NCBI GenBank assembly: GCA_963733675.1
Contig: CAVTET010000001.1
Coordinates: 128,001-192,000, forward strand
Origin: an uncultured Methanosarcinaceae archaeon
GTDB taxonomy: Archaea > Halobacteriota > Methanosarcinia > Methanosarcinales > Methanosarcinaceae
Direction of reading: 5' to 3'
Length of the DNA stretch: 64,000 bases
The notes beneath the pieces are model-generated. The model saw only the letters and a list, made by a program, of their open reading frames with translations, searched no databases and had not been told where the DNA came from. Below, piece after piece: positions 61,581 to 64,000 of this stretch. A program made the translations under genes and the position numbers. Numbering within the stretch: the stretch's first letter is position 1; each line of letters starts with the position of its first letter.

Positions 61581-63347
61581 ATGAGAATAGCTATACTTAA
61601 TAAAGATGGATGTCAGCCCAGAAGGTGCAGCAAAGAATGCGAAAAGTACTGCCCCGGGGTCAGAACTGGGGACGAAACAATTATTTTTGGAGATGGTGGA
61701 AAACCCCTTATCTCTGAGGAGCTTTGTGTGGGCTGCGGGATCTGCATAAACAAATGTCCCTTTAAAGCCATCATGATCATAGGACTTCCTGAAATTCTTC
61801 AAGAATCCACCCACAGATATGGATCAAATGGTTTTGTCCTCTTTGGGCTGCCTGTACCAAGAGTAGGGAAAGTAACCGGAATCCTTGGTCCTAATGGAAT
61901 AGGAAAAAGCACCTGTGTACAGATACTTTCAGGATCTTTAATTCCTAACTTTGGACAGGAAAAGGGTGATTGGGACACTGTGCTTGAAAATTATGCTGGC
62001 ACTGCTCTTTATGACTACTTCCAGGCTGTCGTGGATGGGAAAGTCCGTGTTTCCCAAAAGCCTCAGTATGTGGATCAGATTCCAAAAGTTTTCAAAGGTA
62101 AAACCTCAGAACTGCTCGAAAAGACAGATGAAAGAAAAGTTATGGATGAACTTATAAACTACCTTGATTTGAAAGGTGTAATCGACAGGAAGATATCTGA
62201 ATTGAGCGGGGGGGAGCTTCAAAGAGTAGCAATTGCGGCCTGTGCAGCAAGAGATGCCCAGTTCTATTTCTTTGACGAAATTAGCCCTTACCTTGATATA
62301 TATCAAAGAATCAATGTTGCTCGCCTGATCCAGAAGATCTCAAAAGACAGAGCCATACTTGTGATCGAGCACGACCTTGCGATTCTTGACATGCTCGCAG
62401 ACGTAATTCATATCGCCTATGGAAAACCTACCGGTTTCGGTGTAGTCACTCTCCCGAAGAGCGTACGTGTGGGAATTAACCAGTATCTTAAAGGCTATCT
62501 CCCTGAAGAAAACATTCGGATTCGACCTGAAGCCATTAAGTTTGAGATCCATCCTCCAAGAGAAGATTCACAGTTTAAATCTATGATAACCTTCAAAGGC
62601 TTTTCAAAGAAATATGGAGATGGCTTCTCCCTGGAAGTTGCAGGCGGCAACCTTCGGGAAGGGGAAGTGTTGGGAATAGTGGGTCCTAATGGAATCGGAA
62701 AGTCAACTTTCGTGAAAGTTCTTGCAGGGGAAATAAAGCCTGAAGAAAGAGACACAGAGATCGAAGTCAAGATATCCTACAAACCTCAGTATATCAAAGC
62801 CGATACACCAGTGCAGGTACAAGATTTCCTGCGTGGCATCACAAAACGGTTCGGAACTAGCTATTATGAGGTTGAGATATCAAGTCCTCTCCAACTTGAA
62901 GAGGTCTATGATAGCCTGCTGACTGACCTTAGTGGTGGAGAACTACAGAGGGTTGCTATTGCCGCCTGCCTATCCCAAGAGGCTGAGATCTACATTCTGG
63001 ACGAGCCAAGCGCACATCTGGATGTTGAGCAGCGTTCTATGGTTACTAAGGTCCTGAATCGTTTTGCAGAAAACAACCAGAAAACAGCCCTAGTTGTGGA
63101 TCATGATATATATATGATCGATATGTTGAGCCAGCGACTGATGGTCTTCGAAGGCAAACCCTCGGTATATGGTGAAGCTCTTGGACCGTTCAACATGGAA
63201 ACTGGTATGAACAAATTTTTGAAAAATCTAGGCATAACCTTCCGTAGAGATGAGGAAACTAAACGTCCTCGTGTGAACAATCTCGGCTCAAGGCTTGACA
63301 GGGAACAGAAGGAAAATGGAAATTACTATTATTCAGCAAGTAATTGA
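61581..63347 (+). CDS. Ribosome recycling ATPase ABCE1/RLI
   Basis: MRIAI..C.P..C..EC..YCP Fe-S domain and two GPNGIGKST/LSGGELQR cassettes. Confidence 0.98.
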   Translation: MRIAILNKDGCQPRRCSKECEKYCPGVRTGDETIIFGDGGKPLISEELCVGCGICINKCPFKAIMIIGLPEILQESTHRYGSNGFVLFGLPVPRVGKVTGILGPNGIGKSTCVQILSGSLIPNFGQEKGDWDTVLENYAGTALYDYFQAVVDGKVRVSQKPQYVDQIPKVFKGKTSELLEKTDERKVMDELINYLDLKGVIDRKISELSGGELQRVAIAACAARDAQFYFFDEISPYLDIYQRINVARLIQKISKDRAILVIEHDLAILDMLADVIHIAYGKPTGFGVVTLPKSVRVGINQYLKGYLPEENIRIRPEAIKFEIHPPREDSQFKSMITFKGFSKKYGDGFSLEVAGGNLREGEVLGIVGPNGIGKSTFVKVLAGEIKPEERDTEIEVKISYKPQYIKADTPVQVQDFLRGITKRFGTSYYEVEISSPLQLEEVYDSLLTDLSGGELQRVAIAACLSQEAEIYILDEPSAHLDVEQRSMVTKVLNRFAENNQKTALVVDHDIYMIDMLSQRLMVFEGKPSVYGEALGPFNMETGMNKFLKNLGITFRRDEETKRPRVNNLGSRLDREQKENGNYYYSASN

Positions 63348-63827
63348 GGATTTTTTGAAAACTTCGACAAAATCGGAGTTACTTTTACCCCATATTTCGC
63401 AGACATGCACAAGAATGCCATCTATGGTCTTAATCATGACAGTAGCTTAAAAATTAATCTAACTTTCAATGAATAATAGGTGGCAAATCGAAGAACAAAT
63501 GATATATCTATGTAAATCAGCAGAATGTCAGTTTTATAAAGAGAAGTCCGCTTTTTTTTCAGTATAGTAAATTTTCGATACTGCCATGAGGGTGGTCTTT
63601 TGTAATTAAGTGATTGATGTTTTCAGAATTATGTTTCCAGTGTAACAAATGTTTATGTTTTCATGCACTTAGGACGATTTTTTTCTGACCAACTTCACTG
63701 AAGTGCAGAACAAAAACACTGGGAAATGACAACAAGTACATTTTGAAAATAAAGTTAACCAAATAATAGTGGAAGACCTAAGAGTTCAAAATAGCTTTTT
63801 ATCTTATGTTTGAGTCTTTGGTTTTCA

Positions 63828-64000
63828 ATGAAGATAGAAAGCCTCAATATACCAGACGAAGTAAAACGTTATTATCAGGACTCCAACATTCTGGACCTTT
63901 ATCCCCCTCAAGCGGAAGCAGTGGAAAAAGGGCTGCTTCAAGGAAAAAATCTACTTGCTGCAATCCCAACTGCCTCAGGAAAAACTCTTCTTGCTGAACT
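63828..64000 (+). CDS. hel308: Ski2-like DNA helicase Hel308, 5' part (truncated by window end)
   Basis: MKIESLNIP...[31 protein letters not shown]. Confidence 0.92.
   Translation, partial: MKIESLNIPDEVKRYYQDSNILDLYPPQAEAVEKGLLQGKNLLAAIPTASGKTLLAE

Noticed and set aside
63806-63997. 63-aa ORF MFESLVF..
   Set aside because: Wrong frame; the hel308 frame starting at 63828 is the real gene.

Overview
AT-rich euryarchaeal chromosome segment, most consistent with Methanosarcina (inferred from protein sequences and gene order). Conserved housekeeping blocks are map/pepQ, an archaeal pilin trio, hisG-hisA-hisB, mat, the complete rpl3-secY-adk ribosomal superoperon, tRNA-Arg(TCT), cooS-cooF, an MBL hydrolase, an EMC6-like protein, ABCE1 and the start of hel308. 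Between them lies heavily eroded DNA with IS5, IS6 and IS200/IS605 (tnpA/tnpB) elements and relics, pseudogenes and several short dispersed repeat families. Most notable: (1) a partly decaying sulfur-assimilation island (51.1-58.3 kb) with duplicated TCACAATTGTGA palindromes, a degenerate and an intact tRNA-Cys, an N-terminally extended SepCysS, an O-acetylhomoserine sulfhydrylase and a convergent ABC-ATPase/GTPase/Fe-S/marker-16 operon; (2) a highly structured non-coding leader before rpl3; (3) at least seven ~90-bp elements with conserved inverted ends and unrelated interiors of near-constant length; (4) two Gly/His-rich secreted peptides sharing one leader. All calls come from manual reading; no database searches were run.
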